DNA from: Octopus sinensis
Lineage: Eukaryota
Assembly: GCF_006345805.1 (NCBI RefSeq)
Contig: NC_042997.1
Span: forward strand, 110,856,001 to 110,920,000
Direction of reading: 5' to 3'
Length of the DNA stretch: 64,000 bases
Made by a program: the position numbers and the translations under genes. The notes beneath the pieces were generated by a model. The model saw only the letters and a program-made list of their open reading frames with translations. It was not told the origin of the DNA and made no database searches. Of the stretch, positions 1 through 13,790 are shown in pieces (positions within the stretch are counted from its first letter, which is position 1; every line of letters begins with the position of its first letter).

Positions 1-109
1 AAGGGTCTTGGTCACCTGTCACTGCCTCCATGAGGCCCAATGCTCAAACGGTACCTTTTACGTGCCACTGGCATTGTTGCCACAACTACCATTTCACTCA
101 GTTCCAAAA

Positions 110-310
110 GTCTTCACAAGCAACAGGTCTCCTACAATCTCATATAATAACATTTCTATGTGTTTTTCTATCAGTAACAGTTAAAGCAAGAACACCATTA
201 ACATTCAGTGCTTCGGCCTCACTAACAATGTCCTTGTTCAGACATGCAGCTTTGCAATCCATATCACGCCACACCTCCAAGTTTCTCATCAAAGAACATG
301 GGTGACCTCT
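110..310 (-). mobile_element. RTE-clade LINE C-terminal relic
   Basis: KDIVSEAEALNVNGVLALTVTDRKTHRNVI resembles RTE ORF ends, followed by a SINE-like tail. Confidence 0.5.
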
Positions 311-3300
311 TACTTTCTGCATCTCTCTTTGCTAAATATATTTCTTGCCCAGCCTTTCTTCTAGTTACAGTCATTGTTTCTTGTTCCCTTCCAGGCCTGT
401 CTCTTAGCTTTTATGGTTGTCGTCTGTACCATTCCACCACCGTATTACATGGATGACTGGAACCTTGTTCCATCCACCGATATTTAATATCAGGGATGAC
501 TGTGTGGTAAGAAGTTTGCTTCCCAACCACATGGTTCTGGGTTCAGTCCCACTATGTTACACTTTGGGCAAGTGTCTTCTACTACAGCCGCAGGCTGACC
601 AGTCTTATGAGTGGATTTGGAAGACAAAAGCTGAAAGAAGCCCGTTGTATATGCATGTGTGTGTGTATTTGTGTCTGTTTGTCCCCCTCTAACCGGTGTT
701 GGTGTATTTACATCCTCGTAACTTGGCAGTTCTGCAAAAGAAACCAACAGAATAAGTACCAGGTTAAAAAAAAGAAAAGAAAAGAAAAGAAGTCCTGGAG
801 TTCATTCATTCAACTAAACTTCTTCAAGACCCCAGCATGGCCACAGGCTAATGACTGAAACAAGTAAAAGATCCATGGGTTATACAGTTCTACATTTAAG
901 AGATGAGGAATAATGTACATTATTTACATTCCCAGCACTTTATGAGTTAAACGTATGTCTAACCATTACATCTTCCAGCTTCCAAACCATTCCTCTCCAG
1001 ATTATCCTGTTTCACTGTGAGTGCATTTAGTTCTTGTCATTAGTCAGTATTAAGGGGTTCACTCTTCCCAACAAATCATTTAATATTCACGACCATCTGC
1101 TCATCCTATTTCCTGGTTTTGCATGTTTACCTGGCTGGTGGGTAACTTGGTCAATTGACCAGTTTCCTAGACTTAGTGGTTGCAAATTGCTACATCGTTT
1201 ACACAGACACCAACAGCCTTCAACTCTCTTTATTCCGTGCACGCCAGCCATAGTCTCTTTTCTCATCAGAACAACTATCGTATTAGCCACATATTTATTT
1301 TAAGTCGGTTGTTGTGATAACAAGGTCACTGTCGTTTTATTATCAAGACAACCTGATTAAAACAAGTTTTTTTACTCACCTGTCAATCATTTAAATTCTT
1401 TTGTTACTCTATTCCTATTGAAATACTTAGTTTTTGTATGAATTAATTTTGAAAACAATTTGTAATTTATTAAAATGCCTTTGTTGTTATTATTAAGTTG
1501 GTATCTAGAACAAATTAGCATGAAATCTTGATAGAATTAAATTAAGATGGAGTTTCTATATAGAATCAAGGGCAGTTTCAGGCAGGTTGGTATCAAAAGG
1601 GTTAATGTGGTGCTTATACAGAGATCACTATTGTTGCCATGTTGTCTGTAAGCGTTGAATTATTTTGTCGTCGCCTTTGACTACAATTGCTTCAGCCATT
1701 TCTCTGCAAAAATATGCCTACTCCTGCACTGTTACCTACCTAGAGTCTGTTCTTTGAAGAATCTGACTGGGGCTTCCCACCATCTTATTTCATGTATGCA
1801 GTACACATCTACCCACCTTCATTTCATCATCATCATTTAATATCCATCGCCCATGCTGGCATGGGTTGAACAGCATGACCAGAGCTTGCGCGCTGGGGAG
1901 CTGCACCAGACTCCAGTCTGATTTGGCATAGTTTTTACAGCTGGATGCCCTTTCTAACGCCAACCACTTTACAGTGTGCTGGGTGCTTTTACGTGGCACC
2001 ACACAGGCACTTTTATGTGACATCATATGGGTGCTTTGCCGTGACACCACAAGGGCACTTTTACATGATGTCACACAGGTGCTTTTGCATGGTACCGTAC
2101 AGATGCTTTTATGTAGCACCACGCCGTTTCACCAAATTTAACTTTTATTGTGACAGTGTTGATGGTGCCAATCATAAAGTTTTCAACCCAACAGAATGAA
2201 GAGAACTTTTGGTGGTGCGCTGGTTGTTTTGTATATATTTGCTCTGTATGTTTGTGTATGTGTTAAGAGTGTTTATAAGATAAAACTTACATATACACAC
2301 TGCAGCTGTTTTAAAATACATTTCTCTCTCTCTAAAACATGTGTTGGGTTTCATTTTTCATTTCCATGGGGAATATTTAAAATGTATATGAAAATGTGTG
2401 GCTTTTGATAAACTACATTGTGTATGTGTGTGCTTACTCAATAAATTATACTCTGTTTATTTGATGAGTTATGTTGCTTTAAATTAGACAACTGATAAAG
2501 GCAGAGAAGACAAAAAACTGCTAAACTTTTCTGTTGTAAATCTTTCTGTAGATTCCATAAATTGAGAGATCTTGGTGCAACTGTATCTTCAAAAAGGTTA
2601 CCATAGTAACATTTTGAAGACTAATTTCAAAATATTCTTTCCTCTTGGTCTCTCTCTCTCTCTCTCACACACACATTGATAGTATTTACTTTAGAACAAA
2701 TTTCACCCTAAAATTCTCAATAGCTTCCACAATTATTACCATTTAACATCCATTTTCCATGCTGGTATGGGTTGGATAGTTTCACAGAAACTGGCAAGGC
2801 CAGGATCCACACCATGTTTGTTTTGGTATGGTTTCTATGACTGGATGCCCTTCCTAACACCAACCACTTTACAGAGTGTGGACTGGGTGCTTTTTACGTG
2901 GCATTATTACCAGTGTTTTATATGTGGTGCCAGCATGGGTGCTTTTTACATAGCACCATTACCAGTGTTGCATGGCACCAGCATGGGTGCTTTTCAACTG
3001 ACACCGGTACCAACATCATCATCATCATTTAGCATTCATTGTCCATGCTGGCATGGGTGGGACGTTTGACTGGGCTGGTACGCTGGAAGGCTGCACCAGA
3101 CTCCAATCTGATTTGGCCTGATTTTCTATAGCTGGATGCCCTTCCTAACACCAACTATTCCAAGGGTGTAATGGGTGCTTTTATGTGCCACTGGCACAAC
3201 ACTGGGGTGTGTTTATGTGCCACGGGCATGGGTACCAACTTGCATGACATCAGTGTCTGCTACGACTGCAATTTTGCTCAGCTTGATGGGTCTTCTTCTC

Positions 3301-3371
3301 AAGCACGACATAATACAAAAGGTCTTGGTCATTGCCTCCGTGAAATTTTTACAATCTGTGATAATATAGTT

Positions 3372-3600
3372 TAACCCTTTTACATCTGTATTTATTTTGA
3401 GATGCTCTGTGTTTCTTTCAATTAATTTTAAATATAACATAGAATTTAGTAAAATAACTTTGTTGTCATTAAGCTAGGGTTAAGAACATAAATTGTGACT
3501 GAAGTTTAGTGGAAAATTTTAATTCAGAACTTATGAAAATGAGACATTTGTACTACAGAGCCAGAGCTGGTTTCAGCCAGGTTGGTAACGGAAAGGTTAA
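3372..3600. mobile_element. TTAA-flanked ~230-bp MITE (piggyBac-like); relatives at 1392-1604, 41660-41858 and 47120-47990
   Basis: ttaacccttt ... aaaggttaa termini; shared internal gaatttagtaaaataactt motif. Confidence 0.6.
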
Positions 3601-6600
3601 AAGAATATGGTTTTTTCACCACCAACAAAATCTTTATTAACATAGTTCAATATCCAATACATTTTACACTTCACTAAATGTAATTGCGATAACCTGGCAG
3701 GATTAAAGTTCAATAATCTATTTATTGGTTAATTCCAATATTTTTTTCCACTTTTGACTAATCATTTTTTTGATTGATTTAACTTTTGATTAATTGAAAA
3801 TATATCATCATCATTTAACATCCGTTGTCCATGCTGGGTTGGACAGTTTGACTGGGCTGGCACACTGGAAGGCTGCCTCAAGCTCCTGTCTGATTTGGCA
3901 TGGTTTCTATAGCTGGATGCCCTTCCTAATGCCAACCACTCCAAGAGTGCTTTTATGTGCCATTTGCATGACACCGGTATGTGCCACAACTGTGATCTTA
4001 CTTGGCTTGATGGGTCTTCTTCTCGAGCAAGACATAATGCCAAAGGTCTTGGTCATTGCTTTCATGAGGCCCAACTATTTCTTTGTCTTTTTTTCTACTA
4101 ATTCTTCTCCATTTTCATCTCTTCTATCTTTTACTCGTTTCAATCATTGGATGCGGCCATGCTGGGTCATCGCCTTGAAGAATTTTTTAGTCTAACGAAT
4201 CGACACCAATACTTACTATTTTTTGGTAAACCCTGGTACTTACTCTACCGGACTCTTTAACCAAACTACTAAGTTACAGGGACATAAACACACCATCACC
4301 TGCTGTCAAGCAGTGGCAAGGTACTGACACAAAGATATGCATACTCATCATCATCATCATCGTTTAGTGTCCGCTTTCCATGCTAGCATGGGTTGGACGG
4401 TTCGACCGGAGTCTGGGAAGCTAAGAGGCTGCACCAGGCCCAGTCTGATCTGGCAGTGTTTCTACAGCTGGATGCCCTTCCTAACGCCAACCACTCTGTG
4501 AGTGTAGTGGATGCTTTTTACATGCCACCGGCACATTGCCAGGGGAGGCTGGCAACAGTCATAATCAGTTGGTGCTTTTTACATGCCACTGGCACGGAAG
4601 CCAGTCAAGGCAGCACTGGCATCGACCACGTTCGGATGGTGCTTTTTACGTGCCACCGGCACAGGTATCACAGTGTGTGTATATATATGTCTCACTATAA
4701 CCTTTCATCATCTGACACATGATTATCACCCCCAGTGCCCCCTCCCCTCTCAAAAGATTTTTATTTTATTTTAAAATATTTTTTTTGTCTTGCAAGTTAC
4801 TTGGTGACCCTGTCAGTGCATGTGCTGCTTAAAAAGCATCCCATCCACACTGTAAAGTGGTTGGCATTTGGAAAGACGTCCAGTTATAAAAACCTTGCCA
4901 AAACTGACCTTGCTTGTGCTTGTATCACATAAAAAGCACTCAGTCCACTCTGTTGAGTGGCTGGTGTTAGGAAGGGCATCCAGCTGTAAAAATCCTGCCA
5001 AAACGGACACAGAAGTCTGGTGCAGGCTTCTGCTTGGCCAGCTCCTGTCAAACTGTCCCACCCATGCCAGCATGGAAGGTGGACATTAAGCAATGATTAT
5101 ATATATATATATATATACACACACATATGACAGGCTTCTTCTCAGTTTCCATTTACCCTGGAGGCTATAGTAGAAGACACTTTCCTAAGGTGGCATGTCA
5201 TAGGACTGAACCCAGAACCTTGTGGTTGGGAAGCAAACTTGTTATCCAAATCGTGGTTACTGATTTATTTTCAATCAATAAATTATCCATTTTATCCAGG
5301 ATATTCTCATTTTTCTTTTTTTTTCATCTTGACCTCCTTTTATTGATAGGAATAATTCCAGGTGTGGTTAAGCAGCTCACTTTGCAACCACATGGTTCCA
5401 GGTTCAATCTCAGTGCGTGGCACTTTGGGCAAGTGTCTTCTACTATAGCCTTTGTCCAATCAATGCATTCTGAGTGGATTTCATAGCTGGAACCTTTGTA
5501 GAAACCCATTGTGTGTGTGTGTGTGTTCTTGCACTCACTTGACAACCATTGTTGGTTTGTTTACATCCTCATAACTTAGTGGTCCAGCAAAGCAACTGAT
5601 AGAATAAATACCAAACTTTACAAAAATGTACTGGGGTTGATTTGTTTGACTAAACTCTTCGAGGCAGTGCCCCAGCATGGCCGTGGTCCAACAATTGAAA
5701 CAAGTATAAAAGAAATAAAGATTTTAAAAATTATCACTAAATAAAAAAAAAACTGTTTTTCCCATGGTTAATTCTTGAGCAGAATCTAAAAATGTTCTAA
5801 TCCCTCACCATTCTACATCACATATACAATCAGGATATAGTCTTTCATATTTTTATCCTTGTTCTGCAAATTCCAAGTAGGGCCACACAATGTAAAACTC
5901 AGATGCCAGTGCCACTTGACTGGCACCCATGTGGCAGCACGTTAAAAGCACCGTTTGAGCATGGCTAGTGCTGGTGTCGCCTGGATGACTCACATGCCGT
6001 TGGCACATAAAAACTACCCATTACACTCTGCAGAGTGGTTGGCATTAGGAAGGGATATTGATGATGTGATTATTTATTTTTAGAATGACATTGCAGGATA
6101 GGTGTGAGAGGCTGGATATGGCCAGTTTAAATGTTAAATGGAACTAGAATCAGTCTCAGACAGGTTGGTACCAAATGGGTTGGTTAAATTGCACAGCTAG
6201 CAAGTTGGCACTTTTTTGATCAGTGGTTCTCAACTGCTGCTCCCAGGACCTCGTCTGATCCCCAAATCATCCTTCTGGTCACCCTCAACACTCTTCCCTC
6301 TATAAATATAATAAATCTTTTTTTGACTTGCCTTTTACATTTTTTCATACTAGCCTCCTAAAAACATTTAGGTTTTGGCTCTGGCCTGATATTAAAAAAG
6401 TTGAAACCTCTGTTCTAGGTTATTGTGTTCTCAAGTAGGGAGCTAAATCTTAAGTGACTCAATATATTGTTGCTCCTATTTGACTGTGAAATTTACTAAT
6501 AGTCTGAAGATAATTTATTTGTATCTTCCCATACCCCCACCCCGCACCATACACAAATTAAACACTGATAAGACTCTTTTTATACAATCTCTTAAGTGTC

Positions 6601-7103
6601 ATTTTTTAGATTATTTTTGTCAGTGAATACTTATGATTTTCCCCATTTTCCATTTAATTATAATCAGAATTTGTGAATTTTAATTTTTTTTTTCTTCTAA
6701 ATTTAATTAGCTGGGGTTTTTTTATGTTTGTTTCCTGCAAGAATCTTTCCTGCTTGCATAAATTAGATCGGGGCTCATTTGGGGCAGCATTTTATGACTG
6801 GATGCTGTTTGCGTCACCAACCCTTACTTGATTTTCAATTAAGGATTTCTTTTTTATTATTCCACAGTTTTGGGGAAAAATTTGCTTTATTTTATTTTAA
6901 CACGATAAATATATTTTCTTTTGAAAATTAATATTCATTTCATGGTTTTTTTATAAGCAACAAGAAATTTGACAAAACTAAAATGACGACATTTGTACGT
7001 CTGCCATATTTCCTGATATTCTTCAGAAAAGCAAAAGTATATCTCCAAATTGCTTGTTTATTACAGGCAATATTCTTGTTTAATTATAATGTGTGTGCAT
7101 GTT

Positions 7104-7472
7104 TTGGTATTATGTGGTAGTTGTACCTTGTCTTGGTATTGTGTGGTAGTTGTACCTTGTCTTGGTATTGTGTGGTAGTTGTACCTTGTCTTGGTATTAT
7201 GTGGTAGTTGTACCTTGTCTTGGTATTGTGTGGTAGTTGTACCTTGTCTTGGTATTATGTGGTAGTTGTACCTTGTCTCGGTATTATGTGGTAGTTGTAC
7301 CTTGTCTCGGCATTATGTGGTATTTGTACCTTGTCTGGGTATTATGTGGTAGTTGTACCTTGTCTCGGTATTATGTGGTAGTTGTATCTTGTCTGGGTAT
7401 TACATGGTAGTTGTACCTTGTCAGGGTATTATGTGGTAGTTGTACCTTGTCTGCGTATTATGTGGTAGTTGT
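7104..7472. repeat. 29-bp minisatellite, about 13 copies
   Basis: Unit ttggtattatgtggtagttgtaccttgtc, head to tail with no spacers. Confidence 0.95.
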
Positions 7473-7809
7473 AAATAAGTGTCATAGTCATACAAGCAGT
7501 GTCATTCATTACTAGTCCTCTGTGAAGGTATGTCTGACCATGGGGAAATATCACCTTAATATAAAAACAATTGAGGGACGTGGCTAGCTACAGGAAGGGC
7601 ATAGAAAAGTGGATGTTAAATGATGGTAATGCTGATTAGATGTAATATTTTCAAGTACCCAATTATCAACATTTTTATTCATCTGAGAATGGAAAACCAA
7701 ACAGATTTGGGGGAAATATTCTTTGTTCAACCTCAAAACGGTAGCTTAAAAAGAAAATGGATAAAGCTTCTTCCCGAATCACAGGACCAGATTCCTGGAT
7801 TTTCTGGTG

Positions 7810-8560
7810 TATACGATGGGATACCCAAAAGAAACTGGAATTTTGAAATATTGTCTTATTCACTTAGTTTTACATATTCACACTTTCATCACCTTTAAAG
7901 TATTCTCCATTTGAAGCAATGCATCAGTCCAGATGCGTATTCCAAAGTTGGAAGTAATGCTGTAACTCTTGCAAAGTGATGCCTTCTAATGCTTCAATCA
8001 TTTTTTCTTCACTTCTTCCACATCTGCAAATTCCATAGCACCATCTTTCATCACCAGTGATGACCTTTGAAAAAGGTTTGGATCAACTTGCAACTCTTCT
8101 GACAGTCCACAACACGCTTTCAGTCATGACTGCTTTTGATCTTCCATGAGCAACAAAGGCACAAATTTTGCTACAACTTCTTTCATTTGCAATTCTTCAC
8201 TCTAAATTTGTTGTCAGGAGCTCCAGGACTGTTTGGTGATGGTCCTCCCAAGATCAGTTCATGAATTTTCATGATGTTTCCATTCGTTTGGGAGGTTGAC
8301 AGTCATCCTGAACGAGGTTGGTCTTCAAGTGAAACCACTCGTAAACTTGTGTTTTGCTCATGGCAGCGTCCTTGTAAGCTGTCTGAAGCATGACAACTGT
8401 TTCGGCTGCCGTTTTCCCTAACAGAAAACAAAATCTCACAGAAGCATGCTGTTCCTTCATTTCAGCCAACAAGTCGGCAAACAGGGGAGAAACACTGCAA
8501 AACAGAGACACACCATATGGCAGTATGACTCCACACAACAACGCTGTTGACTCTCTTGAA
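7810..8560 (-). mobile_element. Degenerate mariner transposon
   Basis: EQHASVRFCFLLGKTAAETVVMLQTAYKDAAMSKTQVYEWF (mariner HTH); internally deleted; TA-bounded end near 7810. Confidence 0.85.
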
Positions 8561-8591
8561 TTCCTCCAACCTTTGATGTTTTTTTTTTAAT

Positions 8592-8930
8592 ATTATTTAC
8601 ATTTGACGGATATTTGTCCTCATCTTGCTTGTTAATATGTTTCAGCTGATATACCCTCTATCATTCATCAGGTCATATGGCATAGTGGTTAAGAGCACGG
8701 GCTACTAACCCCAAGATTCTGAGTTTAATTCCAAGCAGTGACCTGAATAATAATAATAATAACATTGAAAAATACCTTAGGAATGAGAACCTAGGTTTGA
8801 TATTTCCCCAAGACACCTGATGAAGGCTGGAGGGTATATCAGCCAAAACGTGTTACCAACAAACAAGATGAGGACAAATATCAGTCAAATGTAAATAATG
8901 TACATAATTCCTCATCTCTTAAATATAGAA
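8592..8930 (+). mobile_element. Family A tRNA-head/hammerhead SINE: full copy (8672-8930) preceded by an inverted partial copy (8592-8672)
   Basis: Head with A box tggcatagtgg and degenerate B box gagtttaattcc, then (AAT)n, HHR-like ctgatga-aggctg..cagcc-aaaa (G12 mutated), then tail cataattcctcatctcttaaatatagaa. The left arm is the reverse complement without the tail. Confidence 0.85.
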
Positions 8931-9404
8931 TAGTTTTTTTTTTTTTTTTTACTTTTTCTCCCACTGGCTGTCCAATATGTCACCCTCTTCACCAAGCAAG
9001 CTTGGTGAGGTTACCAGTTTAGCCTCCAATGACCCAACCATATTAGAGCAATCTGGCAGTAGTCCAACTACACAGCACATTGTCTACCACCATAGCCTTG
9101 GACCAACCAAAGAGTTGTGAGTGAATGTAGTAGATGGAAACTGGAAAGAAGCCCATTGTGTGTGTGTGTGTGAGAACTTGTCTTGACATTATATTCTAAT
9201 TGTATAGAAACTTCACTATCGTCCAGGTAGTAATGCCTGTTTGAAATCTAGAAAACATGTCTAGACTCAAGGGAAATATTAACTTGCTTGGTAACGGGTG
9301 AGTGTTGGCAACTTGGAAAGGCACCTGACCATAGAAAATCTGCTTCAGTCAATGCTGTCTGACCCATGTTTGGCATGGAAAAGTAGATGTTAAAGCAATA
9401 ACCA

Positions 9405-9862
9405 TACATCTTCCAACAAAATTCTGCACCATCTCTTGACGCTTGGAGAGCCCAAGCATAGATGCATTCCAATCTTCAGGATCATGTTCTCTCAGGCACA
9501 TAGTGTCCTAGCTCACCAGACTTCAATGCGCTGGACTGTTAGGTATGGGGCATAGTCAAGCGAGAGGTCAATTAACCCCCGCCCCATAACACCGTACAGT
9601 CTCTCAAGTCCACCATAACCAGCACTATGTCCAAAATTGATAAAGATCATCTGATCCGAGCATATCAGCGTTTCCACCCCTATGTTGAGCAGCCATTGGT
9701 GCCAACAATGGATTCATTGAATAAGTCTGATAAAAGGTTTCTCAAGATTATTTGTACCAATTTGTTTCCAAATACAGTTTTCCTTTGATGAGCTATGTGT
9801 TTTTGTTTTGTTTTTTTTTCTAAATTCATACAAATGACTACAAAAAAACTGAATCGCCTTGT
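9405..9862 (+). mobile_element. Tc1/maT-like transposase 3' relic
   Basis: IFQQNSAP...PSSPDFNALDC*VWGIVKREVN, with stops; ends in ...gccttgTA. Confidence 0.65.
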
Positions 9863-12804
9863 ATTTATGTGTAATGGTTTAATTCTATCTTGCTTTTGTC
9901 ATTGAAGATATAAGACTCCATTCCTAAAAAAAACACAGTATTAAGTGTCATGAATGATGTGATGGTTGTATATTGTCATTGTTAGTTATAATGTTACTAT
10001 GGTTTCTGATAGTATTATTTTCTATCTGTCTACCCTCTTTCTCCTGCTATGAACAAATGTAAAACGTTCAAGGTCTTTCTGATTTAGTATGAAAAGTATT
10101 TGGGTTGGAAAATGTTTTTTTTCTTCAAATTTTGTTCACTAAATCTAAATTAAGCTGGTTCATTGTCATATATCAATTGTTTTTTCTCGTTGTTGTTGTG
10201 TGAATAGGCTGTTACCAATTATTGTCAATGGAAACCAACACTCAGTGGTTGGTCTGGCTGTTTCTGATCAAATCTGCTCCCAAGTCACAATTCTACCAAG
10301 CCACTACACTAATAATAATGGTTTCAAATTTTGGCACAAAGCTAGCAAGTTCGGGGAAGGGTTAAATCCAGTACGTTGACCCCAGTGTTCAACTGGTACA
10401 TATTTAGTCGACCTCGGAAGAATTTGAAGAAACACGTAAAAGATAAAAGAAAGATAATGATGACTGACTCTCTCTCCCTCACTTGTTACTTGTCTTCTTA
10501 CTTGGTAACATGATTGGGAATTTGTTGGGTGTAACTAATATAATGTGTTGTAAAGAGATCAGGTTGCCCTTTCCTAAACGAGGGCAGGGGCGTGGTGTTT
10601 AATGCAGACTTAAACTTGAATAATTGGAATTTGGGGTGTGGATGTTAACAAACTTCTTTGTCTGGATGCAGACATGAGTGTGGGGAGAAAGAAGTTCACC
10701 TCACAGCCATGGGGTTCAGGGTTTGGTCCAACTGTATGGCGCCTTGGGTAGGTGTCTGCTATTGACTGTAGCTTTGGTCCAACCAATGCTTTCTCAATTG
10801 AAATGGTGGATGGAAACTAAAGAGAAGTCTATCGTGTGTGTGTGTGTGTGTGTGTGTAGACATTGGTGAGAAAGGATTTTCAGATGTTGGGCCTCGCATA
10901 GGGGATGACAATGGACCAAGACTCCTGGTGGTTTGCTGTGCTTAAAAAAACACCAAGATAAATAAAAGCAAAGCTCTCCTTGCATACAGGCTTGTCCCCA
11001 GCATCCCCCTTCAGCTGAGCATTTCTAATCTTGTGGGCTCATAGGTGCTGGTGCCACACATAAAGCACCCATATCGGTGCCCATGCCAGTGCTGCATAAA
11101 AGCATCCAGCCATAGAAACCATTCCAGAACTTACAGGGACTCTGAGCAGCTCTCCAGCCAACCAGTTCCTGTCAAACTGTTCAGTCCATGCCAGCATTGA
11201 AAACAAACATTGAATGATGGTGTGTGTGTATATATATATCATCATCATCATCGTTTAGCATCCGCTTTCCATGCTAGCATGGGTTGGACGGTTCAACTGG
11301 GGTCTGGGAAGCCAGAAGGCTGCACCAGGCCCAGTCTGATCTGGCAATGTTTCTACGGCTGGATGCCCTTCCTAACGCCAACCACTCTGTGAGTGTAGTG
11401 GGTGCTTTTTACATGCCACTGGCACAGCATGCATATATATAGCAGTATGTAGGTAATAAGATGGAATATATGCATAAGGAGGTGGGCTGGCAGAAAAACG
11501 TTAGCACACCAGGCAAAATGCTTAGTGGTATTTCGTCTGTCTTTACATTCTGAGTTTGCTTTTTATCCTTTCAGAGTCAATAAATTAAGTACCAGTTGTG
11601 TACTGGGGTAGATCTAGTTGACTGGCCACCTCCCCCAAAATTTCGGGCCTTGTGCCTAGAGTAGAAAAGATAGAATATATGCATCATTATATGAAGAAAT
11701 TTCAAATGTCATTCACTTCTGAGATGACAGAATGGTTTTACCAAACTTGAAATATCATCATTTAGCTTCCCTTTTCTATGCTGGCATGGGTTGGACAAAA
11801 ACATTCTATAATAATAACGATCCCCATATATTCTTTTTTTGTGTGTGTGTTATTGTTAAATGTCTTTTATATAATTTAATGATTCCAGACAGCCATATTT
11901 CAGTGTTTACCATTCTATGGTACCATTCTAGTCATTGACTGAATCAGCTTCACCAAGGTTCATGTTGTTGCTTTCTTTTCTTTTTTTCTTTTGTCTTTTG
12001 GTATGTTTTGTTCTCTTCCAGCACCGATGACTTCTTCTTTGTTCTGCCTCTCAGATTCTTTCTCTCTGCTTTCTGCATCATACAAATAAACACACTTCTA
12101 TACAGTTCACATGTTCAACACAAAAAAAAAAGCAATGTCATTGTAGTCTTTTTTTTTGTCTTATCTTTTCTATTGCATGTCTGTTTTTATGTATTTTTTC
12201 CTCTTTTTTTTTTTTCAAATTGTTCCTAGAATCTCAGACTGAATAAAGCATATGTGTGGCTCTATGGTTAAGAAGTTTGCTTTCCAACCACATGGTTTTT
12301 GGTTCGGTCCCACTGCATGCTGCCTTGGGCTAGTGTTTTCTACTATACCAAAGCCTTGTCAGTGGATTTGGTTGATAGAAACCAAAAGAAGCCCATCACG
12401 TATGTGCATATCATACTTAATGTATAGGCACTGTCAATTGGCCAGTTACTACAGTATTTAGAGACATCTTTTATGGTTGTGCTGTATTCGAAGCATTATT
12501 ATAAATAGATGAAAATGCTTCTGGTGTTCTTATTGGACACTGCTGGGGTGAATTATTGTTTTTAACACAGCAAGTCGATAACACATGTTATCCAGGGGTA
12601 AATACTGCAGTAACTGGCCTGTCCAACAGTTTGTATACATTGAGTATGATACATAGATGGCTATTGTAATTAAATACTCAGCCAATTGCATATACTGAAT
12701 TTTTATTCAGCTGGGCAGCTGTGAATGTTTTATTCACTTTTTCCTATATCAGAGACAATGAGATCTCATCTGAACACGTGCCTGACTACAATTACATATC
12801 ATTG

Positions 12805-13790
12805 AAAAGGCCCCAGGGCTCAGTTCTCATCCCACTCTTATTCATTTTAGTCCTCTAGGCCATAACAGGAATTCAAAACTGGGTGTCCATGGGAACTGTT
12901 ATTTTGTTGATGACCTTGCTCTTATTGCAGAATCTTTAGCAGAACTGGAGAAGAAATTCCAGGTATGGAAACAAAACCTGGAATCAAAGGGCCTTAAAGT
13001 TAACCTAGCAAAGATCAGAGTTGTTGTTAGTCAGAAAGAAGATAAAACTCTCTTTACGTTAAGTATATGCTCTTGATCAATAGATGGCCCTGATCAATAG
13101 ATTTTTTTGTATGTGGCAGATGTGCAGGAACAATAAGCACTATGAGCACACAGGACTTAGATTCTCTCAAAAGCCCAAGAGGCTCTCTTGAGGTTGTAGA
13201 TAATTTCTGTTACCTAGGTGACTAAATTAGCAATGGTGGAGGATGTTCTGAAAGTATTGTTTCTTGAATAAGAATAGAGTGGAGGAAGTTCAGAGAGCTA
13301 TTATATCTTTTGGCAACAAAAAGACTCTCTCTCAGAATGTAAGGTAGACTATATGATGCTTGTAAGCAAATGACTATACTCCATGGTAGTGTGACATGGG
13401 GTCTGAATGCAGAAGACATGCATAGACTGGAGAGAAATGAAGGTAGTATGCTCTATTGGATGTGCAACATCAGTGCACATGTATGATAAAGTGCAAATGT
13501 ATTGAGAGAAAAGTTGGGCATAAGAAGAATCAAATGTAGCAAGCAAAAGAGAAGACTAAGTTGGTTTGGACATGTGATGTGTATGAATGAGGGCAGCTGT
13601 ATAAAGGAGTGGTGATCACTGAAAGTGGATGGTACCCGTGGAAGAGGGAGACCCAGGAAGACATGGGATGAAGTGGTAAGGACCGATCTCAGGATGTTGG
13701 GCCTCATGGAGGAAATAACAATGGACTGAGATGTCTGGCAATATGAGGTTCTTGAGAAGACCTGCCCACACCAGCAAAACTGAGTTCTGG
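12805..13790 (+). mobile_element. Degenerate RTE-clade LINE (RT C-terminal half)
   Basis: QGSVLIPLLF, FVDDLALIAES, LESKGLKVNLAK, LEVVDNFCYLGD, RRLSWFGHVM, GRGRPRKTWDEVV, with stops and frameshifts. Confidence 0.9.

Noticed and set aside
2158-2445. Possible short terminal exon (..VDGANHKVFNPTE*) with AATAAA at ~2440
   Set aside because: Too short, and unsupported by any recognisable homology.
2767-5093. Recurrent ORFs with WMPFLTPTT / LQLDALPNANH / LGRASSC motifs as a multigene family
   Set aside because: All are translations of SINE family C in different frames.
7104-7472. 29-bp repeat array of CRISPR-like unit length
   Set aside because: Units are contiguous with no unique spacers, there are no cas genes, and the context is eukaryotic; it is a minisatellite.
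8672-8745. tRNA gene (also 43893-43963 and the heads of SINE family B)
   Set aside because: A/B boxes are present but the cloverleaf is incomplete and the sequence continues into a repeat body; these are SINE heads.
11960-12095. Charged minus-strand frame (DAESREKESERQNKEEV...) and strong plus-strand acceptor at ~12021
   Set aside because: Explained by a pyrimidine-rich tract; no homology recognised and no matching donor.
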